Source: a virus
Taxonomy: Duplodnaviria; Caudoviricetes
Strand: one strand, 5' to 3'
IMG/VR virus record: IMGVR_UViG_3300029288_007102
Coordinates: 119,209-183,208 of that record
Length of the DNA stretch: 64,000 nt
Positions 1 to 10,038 of the stretch are shown piece after piece (the stretch's first letter is position 1; each line of letters opens with the position of its first letter). The notes beneath the pieces were generated by a model, which did not search any database, had not been told where the DNA came from, and saw nothing but the letters and a program-made list of their open reading frames with translations. A program made the translations under genes and the position numbers.

Positions 1-243
1 TGTACTGAATGTGGGGGCAAAGAAAAGATAGATGCTCATCACATAAAGTCTATATCCACCATTGTTAAAGAATTATTAGCGACCTGTGATATTGAATTTA
101 AAAACTCAGATGAAAAATATTTATGGTTGATTAAGCAACCAAGAATAGTAGATAAGTATTTAAAGAACGGTATTACCCTATGTAGAAAGTGCCATAAAGT
201 AAAGCACAAAAATTGGGGAAGTCATTATGGAGGAGGGAATTAG
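1..243 (+). CDS. HNH endonuclease, C-terminal part (truncated by window edge)
   Basis: Frame 1 reads CTECGGKEKIDAHHIKS...NGITLCRKCHKVKH...GGGN*, i.e. CxxC, HH and N..LCxxCH HNH motifs; TAG at 241-243. Confidence 0.8.
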   Translation, partial: CTECGGKEKIDAHHIKSISTIVKELLATCDIEFKNSDEKYLWLIKQPRIVDKYLKNGITLCRKCHKVKHKNWGSHYGGGN

Positions 244-248
244 AAGTT

Positions 249-932
249 ATGGATAATATGGCGATTGCGAAAAGAATGAAAGACTATGAGCGGGTAACAG
301 AAATTATGTTGCCCCACCGCATTCCAGTAATCTTAAGAGTAGATGGCCGGGCTTTCCATACTATTACCCGTAAGAGATTTGGCAGAGCCTGGTCTCTGGA
401 GTTTGTAGAGCAGATGGTCGAAATGGCTAAGGTTGTCCAGAAAGACATCCAAGGATGCGACTTCTGCTATTCTCAGTCTGATGAAGTTTCTTTTTTGCTT
501 ACTGACTATAAGACCATTAGGACTAATGCCTGGTTTGATTATGACCTGCGTAAACTTATATCTATCTCTTCTTCCTTGGCCGCATCCGTATTCTCCCGGA
601 TTTATGGAAAGCCTGTCTGCTTTGACAGCCGGGCGTTCACGGTGCCTCACGATGATGTTTGCAACTACTTTGTGTGGAGGCAGATAGATGCCACCAGGAA
701 TGCGATTCAGATGGCTGGTCGGGAGCATTTCTCCCATAAGCAGTTGCAAAACGTGAGCTGTAATGAGATCCAAGAGAAATTATTCCAGGAGAAGAAGATT
801 AATTTCAACGACTACCCGATAGTCCGGAAAAGGGGATTTTGTATTGTTGATGGGAAGCCAGATTTTGCGATTCCTATCTTTAGTAAGGACCGGGCTTTTG
901 TGGAGAAGTATGTCAATGTGAGGGAGGATTAG
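249..932 (+). CDS. thg1: tRNA(His) guanylyltransferase Thg1-like 3'-5' polymerase
   Basis: RMKDYE, LRVDGRAFHT, YSQSDEVS, FDSR, NYFVWRQIDATRNAI motifs; ATG 249 follows GGAGGAGG (ORF track extends to 213). Confidence 0.92.
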   Translation: MDNMAIAKRMKDYERVTEIMLPHRIPVILRVDGRAFHTITRKRFGRAWSLEFVEQMVEMAKVVQKDIQGCDFCYSQSDEVSFLLTDYKTIRTNAWFDYDLRKLISISSSLAASVFSRIYGKPVCFDSRAFTVPHDDVCNYFVWRQIDATRNAIQMAGREHFSHKQLQNVSCNEIQEKLFQEKKINFNDYPIVRKRGFCIVDGKPDFAIPIFSKDRAFVEKYVNVRED

Positions 933-1322
933 ATGAAGAAGAAAAAAGTTAAGCCTGGGTACTTGGTATTCCGGACGAACATCCTTAATCCAGGGGTAAT
1001 AGGGTATGGCGATGTTTTTACTGAGGAAGCGTTAAAGAAAAGCTGTAAGACTTTTATCGGGAAGCGGGTGCAGTTAGGCCAGTGTGGGGATTTTGAGATC
1101 GATAAAGCAAACACTGTAGGCTATGTTGTGGATGCTTGCTGGGATCCAAACTATAAATATTTAGAATGTGTTTTTGCGATCAATAAGGATCATCCTGCAA
1201 TAAAGACCTTAAGCTTAATAAAAGAAAATGAGAGTAGGCGATCTAAGGAGACCTGGGAAGAAGTTTGCATGAGACATCGCCAAAAGTGGAAAACAATTAA
1301 GAAAAGAGGAAGGAAGAAATGA
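933..1322 (+). CDS. hypothetical protein, weak resemblance to prohead-protease/XkdF-like domain
   Basis: GDVFTEEALKK...FIGK...VGYVVDA pattern. Confidence 0.3.
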   Translation: MKKKKVKPGYLVFRTNILNPGVIGYGDVFTEEALKKSCKTFIGKRVQLGQCGDFEIDKANTVGYVVDACWDPNYKYLECVFAINKDHPAIKTLSLIKENESRRSKETWEEVCMRHRQKWKTIKKRGRKK

Positions 1323-1696
1323 AGATGAACTCTGCCCTTTGGATAGCAGTTTTATATGGAGTTTGTGCCTTGGTTTTTTTATTCTTAGGTGTCAAAGAAG
1401 CTATTCGTGACCAAATACCTAATGTCTACGGCCACGACAAAGATGATACCTATGTTGAGATAGGAAGTCTTAACCAGGTTTGTTGGGGAAGAAGTCTGAA
1501 AAGGCTTGAACTACTCCAAAAGGATCCTGAGATTACTGGTGCTAGGATGATGTATGGACTCTACAACGGGACAGGGCATGCTTGGATAGAATATGTGCGG
1601 GATGGGTATGTGATTAAATATGACCCCAGTAAAGACAAGATAATTACAATGACCAAGTTGCCAGAGAAGAAGGGGAGAAATGAAAAAGCTCAGTAA
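1319..1696 (+). CDS. membrane-anchored transglutaminase-like protein
   Basis: N-terminal TM helix; Cys (QVCW) ... GHAWIEY ... YDPS, a papain/transglutaminase-type triad pattern. Confidence 0.5.
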   Translation: MKMNSALWIAVLYGVCALVFLFLGVKEAIRDQIPNVYGHDKDDTYVEIGSLNQVCWGRSLKRLELLQKDPEITGARMMYGLYNGTGHAWIEYVRDGYVIKYDPSKDKIITMTKLPEKKGRNEKAQ

Positions 1697-1791
1697 AGGA
1701 AAAATCAATTACCGGAAGACTGAAAGGATCCTGATGAACAGGACTAACAGGAAACTGGCCAAGAAGGCTGTCCGGGAAGGGAAGGAAATCA

Positions 1792-2964
1792 ATGCCAATT
1801 ATAAATAGCTTGCTCGATACGGACTGGTATAAAATCTTAATGTCCCAGGTCATCTATTTTAACTTTCTTGATGCTTCGGTTAAGTATAAATTTATCAACA
1901 GGAATAAGGAAGACAAGTTCCCCCGGGGATTTGACAAAAGGTTGAGGAAAGAAATTCGGCATCTAGCCACGCTCCGGTTAACTCAATATGAAAAAGACTG
2001 GTTGTTAAAACAGAACTCTATTTACCCGGAGTTTGTGGACTGGTTTGAAAAATATAGATTTAACCCTAAAGAGGTCAAAGTTAAATTAGTAAAAGGCGAT
2101 CTCCAGGTTGAGATAGAAGGATCCTGGTTAAGAACTATTTTCTGGGAAGTGCCTCTCCTGGCTATAATTTCAGAATTGTATTATAAAATGTTGGGCTGTA
2201 CTACGGATTGGCCTTATGTTAACAAGATGATGCGGGGGAAAAGGGTAAAATTGGCATTCCCTTTTGCCGACTTCGGTACCAGAAGGAGATTTTCTTATGA
2301 TGTTCAGGACAGATTGGTAAAGACAATGAAGGCAGTTTTGTATGAAGATGGGCAGGACCAAATAACAAATCTTCACTTTCTTGGTACGTCAAATCCTCAT
2401 TTTGCAATGAAATATCGAGTAACCCCTATTGGTACCTATGCCCATGAAGCCCCTATGTTCATGCAGGTTTTTGGGTGTATAGAGGCTAGCAATAATCACT
2501 GGTTAACCCTTTGGCGAGAATTGTACGGGAAACAATATAGCATAATGCTAACTGACACCTTAACTACTGATTATTTCCTTGATCATATGCCGGGGAAGTT
2601 CTTCCGCATGATGGATGGGGTAAGGTTGGACAGCGGTGACCCTATTAAGGTTGGCCAGAAGGTTCTCAATTTTTATAAAGCTCAGGGCATAGACCCTAAA
2701 CATAAGAAGTTTGTTTGGAGCGATAATTTAAACCCGGAGACTGCCAAGAAGATTTATGGACAGTTTAAGGACAAGACAAACTGTATATTTGGGATTGGAA
2801 CAAATTTGACAAATGACTGTGGACAGAAACCTTTAAATATGGTGATCAAGTTGGATATGGTCAATGGGCAATATGTTGTCAAATTATCTGACGATAAAGG
2901 GAAACATACCGGAAATCCGGTGATTATAGCAAGAGTGAAAGAGACTATTAAGAGGATAGGATGA
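1792..2964 (+). CDS. pncB: nicotinate phosphoribosyltransferase
   Basis: SLLDTDWYK, ADFGTRRRFS, GTSN, GTYAHE, GVRLDSGDP, FGIGTNL, VKLSDDKGK. Confidence 0.92.
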   Translation: MPIINSLLDTDWYKILMSQVIYFNFLDASVKYKFINRNKEDKFPRGFDKRLRKEIRHLATLRLTQYEKDWLLKQNSIYPEFVDWFEKYRFNPKEVKVKLVKGDLQVEIEGSWLRTIFWEVPLLAIISELYYKMLGCTTDWPYVNKMMRGKRVKLAFPFADFGTRRRFSYDVQDRLVKTMKAVLYEDGQDQITNLHFLGTSNPHFAMKYRVTPIGTYAHEAPMFMQVFGCIEASNNHWLTLWRELYGKQYSIMLTDTLTTDYFLDHMPGKFFRMMDGVRLDSGDPIKVGQKVLNFYKAQGIDPKHKKFVWSDNLNPETAKKIYGQFKDKTNCIFGIGTNLTNDCGQKPLNMVIKLDMVNGQYVVKLSDDKGKHTGNPVIIARVKETIKRIG

Positions 2965-3236
2965 CCATAAAAAAACACAAGCGTTGTTGCCGCAATTGCG
3001 GCTCCTTTTGGAGTTGTCCTAAATATTTTTCTCCACACAATGACTGGAGGGCGTGTAAACTCTGGTGGCCAAAAAAGAGAGAAAGGATAAAGAAATGAGA
3101 ATAACGTTCCGGGAGGCACAGAAATTAGGGATCTGGGATAAGATCTCTGAGATCTCAGGGATAAACCCTTGGGCGGCTAATGAGGGGTTGTTAGACCCCG
3201 ATGAACCGATAAACATAACCATAAAAGAAAAGGAGA

Positions 3237-3551
3237 ATGAAAGCAATGACAAAAAAGAAAACAAATAAGGTAAAGTTGACTAAAGCCCAAATGAATTTCA
3301 GGGACAGGGCTAAATTTGTAGAGTTACAGAAGAACCGTTTGGCGGATGCTGCAGAACTTGTCAATGCCTCCTATGAAGCTTTACAGAAAGTGGGAGCATC
3401 TGTTGAGCCCCTCCGCCTGGTCTATGAGACCATCATTGATGTGGCGACAATGTTAGTTGACCAATACTTGATTACCCCTGAGGAGAAAGAAAGACGGGAT
3501 TATAAACCGCCAGTAGAAGCGAAAGAAGAAGACAACGAACCTGAAGAATAA
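3237..3551 (+). CDS. hypothetical protein
   Basis: ORF with AGGAG RBS, helical/charged composition. Confidence 0.6.
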   Translation: MKAMTKKKTNKVKLTKAQMNFRDRAKFVELQKNRLADAAELVNASYEALQKVGASVEPLRLVYETIIDVATMLVDQYLITPEEKERRDYKPPVEAKEEDNEPEE

Positions 3552-4098
3552 CCAACTAGAGAGGACAATTTATGAAAATGAGATGTAGAAAGTGTAAGAG
3601 TACAATGACTTACATAAGGATCTCTACCGGAGAACGGGTTTGTCGTCACTGCGGAGATGTAGAAAAGATAAAAGGGTTGGGCACTAAAAAGAAGAAGGGG
3701 GCTGCTGATGTATAAGCCTAAAACGAAAAAGAGGATCTTAGCCAGGCTAATTGCTTTGGCAAAACTGCCAACAGCAGAAGAGATTAGTTTATCAATTAGG
3801 GAGGAGGCAAGAGAGGGGATAAAAAATGAGATGATCCGCCAAATGGACAGATTCACAAAGAATAAAAATAGATTTTAATTTTTAAAAAGAAGGGGGTGAG
3901 GATGTGGCTAAAATAAGGTATCAGTGTTTGTACAGCAATAGCTGTAAAGACACTCTCTGCCCGCATAGAGAAAAACATGAAGCGATGGTCGGGAAGGAAG
4001 GGAGATGCAATAGTTGTGAGACTCTTTGCAGCAATGGCGGGCAATTTGCCAAGAAGGTTTTTTGTGAAGTAGTGTAACCAATAAGTAGGAGGGGGAGA

Positions 4099-4395
4099 AT
4101 GGGAAAAAGAATTAAGATAGACCGCAAGAAGGCTAATGAAATGAGAGCGAGAGCCAGACATCATGCAAAACAATTGATTCCGTTAGCTGTAGTTGTTCAT
4201 GACATTTTATGCAATTTTAATGAAGATTGTTTTGGACAATTCAAAACCGCATTACATTTCCGCACACCCAAAGGGGTCTACAAAGTAAGGCCTTACGGTA
4301 ATGGCCACAATAAGTATGTCGGCATAGAGGTTCTTCTAAAAGGGAAAAGACTGGTTGCTTTAAAAATAGATGAAAAACAAATGCAAAAAGATTAG
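4099..4395 (+). CDS. hypothetical protein
   Basis: ORF with GGAGG RBS. Confidence 0.6.
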   Translation: MGKRIKIDRKKANEMRARARHHAKQLIPLAVVVHDILCNFNEDCFGQFKTALHFRTPKGVYKVRPYGNGHNKYVGIEVLLKGKRLVALKIDEKQMQKD

Positions 4396-4407
4396 AAATT
4401 TTTGTGC

Positions 4408-4436
4408 TTGACAATAAAAGAGAAGTATAGTAGACT
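4408..4436 (+). promoter_or_regulatory. sigma70-type promoter
   Basis: TTGACA (4408-13), 17 nt spacer, TAGACT (4431-36); shares TGCTTGACAA...GTATAGTAG context with the promoter at 26536. Confidence 0.75.
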
Positions 4437-4549
4437 TAACATCGGACAAAAAGCCGAAAGTCATTCTTACTATTTTTCGGTAGCACAGAGAGTCTAATTT
4501 ATGACCAGCACCAAAACAAATCACCCATAAAATTAAAAAACCAATAGTT

Positions 4550-4603
4550 CCAGCAGATAGGCCTAATAGCCTGTCTGCTGGCGTTTCTGTTTCTATTTTT
4601 TTT
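4550..4603 (+). terminator. intrinsic terminator/attenuator hairpin
   Basis: CCAGCAGATAGG (4550-61) pairs with CCTGTCTGCTGG (4570-81), followed by a T-rich tract. Confidence 0.6.
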
Positions 4604-4673
4604 GGTCTTTGATAACCGCCTGACTTGAATCCACTGAAAAGTTTGAATAATTTAATTTAAAGGGAGTTGACTA

Positions 4674-5027
4674 ATGAAAGAGCCTGACAACCTGTCTGCA
4701 AGTCTAACTAGCGATGCCGTTACCGTATGTTTGATCGGGGCAGTGATAAAACAAGCTATTGTAGATTATTTTAATCCTCAGATAAATGGTTCGGGATACT
4801 TCAAATTGAAATATAAAAGAACCGCCGATTACAAAAGAAAGATGATCCAAGAAGACGCAAGGAAATTTTTGTTCACAAAGGATCTTGACCACTATTTACA
4901 ACATTTTGGTTTAACTATCAATATTGCCTATTTACGCAAACTTTTACATAAATGCCAAAATGGGAAATATAGAACAAATTTGTTAGCACCCCACCCTGAC
5001 GTATTAATGAAAAATCTATGGATTTGA
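4674..5027 (+). CDS. hypothetical phage protein
   Basis: ORF with GGGAG RBS, AVIKQAIVDY helix. Confidence 0.6.
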   Translation: MKEPDNLSASLTSDAVTVCLIGAVIKQAIVDYFNPQINGSGYFKLKYKRTADYKRKMIQEDARKFLFTKDLDHYLQHFGLTINIAYLRKLLHKCQNGKYRTNLLAPHPDVLMKNLWI

Positions 5028-5230
5028 TTGAGATATTATGAAAATAAAAGATGTATTTAATAAATACAGAAAACTTGTACCCTTCCCTTGGAACCAGAAG
5101 AAGATAAGGTGTTCCGGGCTGAATCCAAAAAAGTTTGTAAGAGATTTTGCCAAAGACCTTAATAGGTGTGAGGATCAAACAGTTGAGACTTTGCGGTTTT
5201 GTAAGAAAGTAAAAAGCTTAAAATAAATAT

Positions 5231-6802
5231 TTGCCAGTCTATATAGAGTTGGCATATTTAGGATACCGAATGACATTAGAGCTATGCGTTTCCGGTCAGT
5301 ATGTATATTTCCGTAATCTTACCAACACCATCGTAGACAAATTAGACGACCACTTTTCGGTGTTTTTTCCGAATTATTGGTTTATGCCTTCTTTCAAGCA
5401 ACACTTCTCTGACGGAAAATTTCACTTCTACAACAAGACCTACAACCGTTTACCTGGGGGACTTGTTCCCCTTATTGAAGAATTTTTGATAATTGAAAAT
5501 ATCCCATACGAGAAGAGAGATACCCGTCAGATCAAACCTTTGGCAACCGGGGTAGACTTCTCTTTGGTTGGGGCTGAGGAGCGGAGTTACCAGATTGAGA
5601 CAGTAAAGACAATCCTTTCTCAGAAGGCCATAATTGCCAACTCTGCCACGAACGCAGGTAAAACTGAGCTGGCCGCAATTGCCATAAAGATCTATCTGGA
5701 AAGCGGCTTTAAGGTCCTTTGGATTGTACATCGGAAGGCTTTAATGCGTCAGACAGCCAAACGTCTTATGCGTAGACTATCTCTTAAAGAGAGCGACATT
5801 GGGCTTATAGGAGATGGTGCTTTTGATCCTGAAAAGCAGCTTACGATTTCCATGATCCAAACTCTATCCCGATTAGCCATTGGGAAAGAGAAAGCTAATT
5901 CCAAAGTGGCAAGAAAATTGTTGGAAGAATGTGATGCTGTAATTGTAGATGAAGTCCATCACGGCAAATCAGATTCTTATTATAAAACCTTAATGAAAAT
6001 GCCTGCTGTTTATAGGCTAGGCTTATCAGGAACTGCCCTGAAACAAAAAGAGTTAGACTTGATGAGGATCAAGGCGGCAATCAGTTCTAATGTTTGTGTT
6101 ATCACCAATGATTTTTTGATTCAAGAGGGGTATTCAGCTAAACCGACTATTTATCTGCATACCATTGAAAATATGACTATTGATAAGAAGACGCCATCCC
6201 GGGATGAATTATTGTATGAAGAAACCGAAGATGAACGTGGCGAACCTCAAAAAGAACTGGTTTTAGACGAAAGAGGAAGGTCGATAGTGGTGACGCCGGG
6301 CGTTTATCGCATAGGCGTTATAAACAACGATGGATTCAACGAGCAGGTAGCGGACATTGCCAAGAAGGACTCAAAAATCGGCAATGTCTTAATTATCGTC
6401 AATCGTACTGAACATGGCGAGAATATCCTGGCAAAACTTGATAAAAGATTTAAGGCAGATCTGATATTTTCCGAACTAGGTACCGAAGAGGTTATGCAGA
6501 AGCTAGAGAACTTCCGGACAGGTAAGACAGAGATCTTAATTTCTACGCCTTTGGTTGACGAAGGTTTGGATTTACCGAACATAAAAATATTGATCTTGGC
6601 AGCAGGCGGTGAATCACCCAGCCAGTTGTTGCAGAGGGTAGGAAGGGGGTTGAGAAAGAAGGGCGGAGACAACCGCTTATACGTCCATGATTTTATTAAC
6701 TGTTGCCACCATCTATTGTTGAGCCAATCAATTAAACGATTTGACGAATATGTGAATGAAAAGTTTGAAATAATCCAAGACGGAGTTCGGTTGGAGGGTT
6801 AA
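5231..6802 (+). CDS. superfamily II DNA helicase (UvsW-like)
   Basis: ATNAGKT (Walker A), IVDEVHH, GLSGT, DEGLDLP, QRVGRGLR; true start may be ATG ~5270. Confidence 0.9.
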   Translation: MPVYIELAYLGYRMTLELCVSGQYVYFRNLTNTIVDKLDDHFSVFFPNYWFMPSFKQHFSDGKFHFYNKTYNRLPGGLVPLIEEFLIIENIPYEKRDTRQIKPLATGVDFSLVGAEERSYQIETVKTILSQKAIIANSATNAGKTELAAIAIKIYLESGFKVLWIVHRKALMRQTAKRLMRRLSLKESDIGLIGDGAFDPEKQLTISMIQTLSRLAIGKEKANSKVARKLLEECDAVIVDEVHHGKSDSYYKTLMKMPAVYRLGLSGTALKQKELDLMRIKAAISSNVCVITNDFLIQEGYSAKPTIYLHTIENMTIDKKTPSRDELLYEETEDERGEPQKELVLDERGRSIVVTPGVYRIGVINNDGFNEQVADIAKKDSKIGNVLIIVNRTEHGENILAKLDKRFKADLIFSELGTEEVMQKLENFRTGKTEILISTPLVDEGLDLPNIKILILAAGGESPSQLLQRVGRGLRKKGGDNRLYVHDFINCCHHLLLSQSIKRFDEYVNEKFEIIQDGVRLEG

Positions 6803-6803
6803 G

Positions 6804-7427
6804 ATGACAGGTAAAGATTTGGCGATTTTGTCAAAATTGAAGCAAGGGTTTGGAGTTAGACAACAGAAGGAAAGGAATTCTCGGTTAAAGGCGATGCAGC
6901 AAACCTTATCAGAAGAAGATAAGAAAATTTTCTCCCTTTTAGAGTCGTTCTACAACAGATATAAAGAAAAATATAAAGTATCCCCCAAAGAGTTAGCTTG
7001 GTTTGACGAATGCAAATTCGATTTCAGACGTTTTAGGATCTGGAAACAAATGAAAACAATCCATAAAATTTTAGTTCGTCTGGACATAGACCAAGAAAAA
7101 TATTTGGGGTTTTTATTTAGAAACACCTGGTACCCAAAAATCTACGCTTTAGCTACCCCATTTTACACTGGACCTTACTTATCTTACTGTATGAAAGATG
7201 GGACTTTACTCCCGGATGAATCTAAAAAATATTGGGATAAATTTGTCCAAAAAGGATTAAATACTTTCCACTTTAAGACTAGAGAAGATCTCTACAAAAA
7301 CAAACCAGATTTTACCGTTTGGTTGCCTGAAGCTTACCTAGCAAAAGATGAGGTTTACCAAACCTTATTTCGCCAAGGAATATTCTCAAAATTACCTCCT
7401 AAATCTACACACTCTTTAGAGGTTTAA
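6804..7427 (+). CDS. hypothetical protein in replication block
   Basis: 207-aa ORF coupled to the helicase. Confidence 0.6.
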   Translation: MTGKDLAILSKLKQGFGVRQQKERNSRLKAMQQTLSEEDKKIFSLLESFYNRYKEKYKVSPKELAWFDECKFDFRRFRIWKQMKTIHKILVRLDIDQEKYLGFLFRNTWYPKIYALATPFYTGPYLSYCMKDGTLLPDESKKYWDKFVQKGLNTFHFKTREDLYKNKPDFTVWLPEAYLAKDEVYQTLFRQGIFSKLPPKSTHSLEV

Positions 7428-7806
7428 CCTGTGGATAACTCATCAAAACTAACATTTTTCCACTATACCTTTTTCTCGTCGCTGTCTCGTACGCACGCAC
7501 GCACACCCGGGCGGGAGATATAGGTTTTTGTATTTTAATAATTAAAAAATTAAAGCATTAAAGCATTAAATATTAGAATATTTAAAGTTTAGCAGAATGT
7601 TAGTCAAGAAGAGCGGAGAAATCGGCTGAGACGTTTTTTTTGATAGAAAAAGAAGACAGAACCTTAAACCCCTCCGCTCCAAAAAGCCGGAGCGGAGGGG
7701 CCGGTTCCACTGAAGACTTTAAAACTAAACAAAAGCAACTGCTTCAAGAATTACCACAGCTCAAAAAATTCCGCCTGGTTTTGCCGGGCGTTTAGGGGAT
7801 ATTAGA
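7428..7806. other. candidate replication origin (non-coding)
   Basis: DnaA-box TGTGGATAA 7430-38, (ACGC)3, AT-rich tract with AAAGCATT x2, 12-bp GC hairpin 7669-7700; lies immediately before the DnaB-like helicase. Confidence 0.45.
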
Positions 7807-9096
7807 ATGGCTGACCAATACAACTTTGGGGTGGATTTCCAAAAGCAGATCTTGCGGTTCTTGTTGAACAAAGAAAACCTTCACGAATACCGGGTGTTTA
7901 TCCAGGCTGAGTATTTTAGCAACGAGATGCACCGGATGATTTATGGACTTATCCAAACGCACTATGAGAAGTATAAAGAAATCCCGGACCTAGATATTAT
8001 GCTGGAAGAAGTAAGGATTTCTCAACAGAGCCTAAATAAAGACTATCTGAACTCGGAAATAAAAACTATTTTTGGAATGCGTGAGGAAAATAATTTTGCA
8101 TATATCCGGGATAAGGTTGTGGAGTTTGCCCAGCACCAAGCAATGAAGAATGCGATATTACAATCTGCGGATGCATTGAAAGTAGGGGATTATGCTAAAA
8201 TTAAGCAGTTGATTGCGGAGGCGAATAAAGTAGGGGATGTCCAAGATCTGGGGTTGGAATATTTTACTTCAATGGCAGATGGTTCATTTTTCCGAGGGCA
8301 GGATCATAAAGATACCCGTATCCAGACGTGCTTGGATGAATTAGATAACTATATGGGTGGAGGGTTGGATTATGGTGAGTTAGGAATAATCTTGGGGTCA
8401 AGTAAAAGAGGGAAGTCGATGTTCCTGGTGAATTTAGGGAAGGCGGCGGTATATTGGGGAAAGAAAGTTGTGCATTATACTTTTGAGTTATCTTTGAAGA
8501 AAACGGCTAAGAGGTATGATAGTACATTCTCAGGGATAGAATATAAAAAACTGGATGATGATCCGGTAGAGATTCGTGATCGGGTAATGAACATCATGAA
8601 CGAGATGGTTGTCAATGAGGCTTTGGTTATAAAGTCGTACCCGACGAGGAGTTGCTCGGTGGATATGATCGCCTCACATTTAGATCGATTACAGGCAAAA
8701 GGGTTTTATCCGGATATGTTAGTTGTTGATTATGCGGACATTATGAAAGCAAATCGCCGGATTAACGACAGCTTAAGGGAAGAGGCTAGTATCTATGAGG
8801 ATTTGCGGGGTTTATCTATGAGCAGGAATCTTGCTGTTTGGACCGCATCGCAGGCGGGAAGGCAAGCGTTTGGGAAGGATTTGGTGGAAATGGAGGACAC
8901 AGGTGGGACGATCAGTAAGATACAAATTGCTGATTATATTATAACTTTGTGTCAAAACAAGGAAGAAAAAGCCTTGGTGCCTCCGGTCATAAGGCTGTTT
9001 GTTGCTGGTGCCAGAGATGTAAAAGACGGAAGTCATATTAGAGTGCAAACAGACTTTGAGAGAATTTCTATAGGGAGTGTTCCTAAAAATGAGTGA
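7807..9096 (+). CDS. replicative DNA helicase, DnaB/gp41-like
   Basis: GSSKRGKS Walker A, HYTFEL, VVDYADIM, WTASQ. Confidence 0.9.
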   Translation: MADQYNFGVDFQKQILRFLLNKENLHEYRVFIQAEYFSNEMHRMIYGLIQTHYEKYKEIPDLDIMLEEVRISQQSLNKDYLNSEIKTIFGMREENNFAYIRDKVVEFAQHQAMKNAILQSADALKVGDYAKIKQLIAEANKVGDVQDLGLEYFTSMADGSFFRGQDHKDTRIQTCLDELDNYMGGGLDYGELGIILGSSKRGKSMFLVNLGKAAVYWGKKVVHYTFELSLKKTAKRYDSTFSGIEYKKLDDDPVEIRDRVMNIMNEMVVNEALVIKSYPTRSCSVDMIASHLDRLQAKGFYPDMLVVDYADIMKANRRINDSLREEASIYEDLRGLSMSRNLAVWTASQAGRQAFGKDLVEMEDTGGTISKIQIADYIITLCQNKEEKALVPPVIRLFVAGARDVKDGSHIRVQTDFERISIGSVPKNE

Positions 9097-10029
9097 TCTC
9101 TTTGCAACCATAAAAGCAAGATTTCCGGAAGCGTATCTGGATAAACATAACCATGAGATAATTATTACTTGTCCGGTGCAGGGGTGTGGTAAACCAAAAC
9201 ATTTTGGGATTAATCAGAAAAAGTTGGTGGTGCATTGTTGGAAGTGTGGATATGGGGGGAAGTTAAGTAAGTTTTTACGGGACTTTAACATAGAGTTTGA
9301 CGGGGATCTAACAGCTGAGCCAATGGTTGAGCAGAAAGAGGAAGGAGAATTGGCGACAGTTGCATTCCCGCAGGGGTTTAAATTGTTGCCGGATAAGAGC
9401 GTAATGGGCGGTTTGGCGATGAATTATCTCTTGAATGTACGCAAGCTCCCGTTGGAGACAATAACGGCTTATAGCTGGGGTATTGCAGTTCAGGGGCATT
9501 TGCAGGGAGGATTATCATCCCGATCTTTGAAGAAGAAAAATTAGTGTATTACCTGGGGCGGTCGTTTCTGGGTGGGATTTACAGGAAAGTGAAGAACCCG
9601 GCAAAATTAGAGCATGGCCAACAGAAGAAGCAGGGGGAAGAGTATCTCCCTAATGGTAAGGCCCAAGTGGTATTTAATATAGATGGGGTATCCAGGTATG
9701 GACGTCGCTGTATTATTACTGAGGGGGTGTTTGACGCCATGCGGACGGGGACCGAAGCGGTAGCGTTATTGGGAAAAGAGATCTCAAATGTTCAGTTTAA
9801 CAAATTGCTTGGCAAGAGGTGTGATGAGTATGTGGTGATGTTGGATTCGGATGCTCAAGATACAGCAATGAGATTGGCTGAGAGGTTGGCGGCGATAGTA
9901 CCGACCAGGGTAGCAAAAGTTCCGGCACCATATGATCCGGCAGACTATCCAGGAGATATTCGGGATATCCTTGACAAGGCACAGATTTATGATTATGATT
10001 TAAGTCTGCAATTTATTCTAGGATCTTAG
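9089..10029 (+). CDS. DNA primase (Zn-binding + TOPRIM), interrupted by a 1-nt frameshift near 9473-9480
   Basis: First frame has CPVQGC..H..HCWKC; second frame from 9481 reads YCSSGAFAGRIIIPIF..YYLGRS..ITEGVFDA..MLDSD..DPAD. Confidence 0.85.
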
Positions 10030-10038
10030 GGGTGGAAG

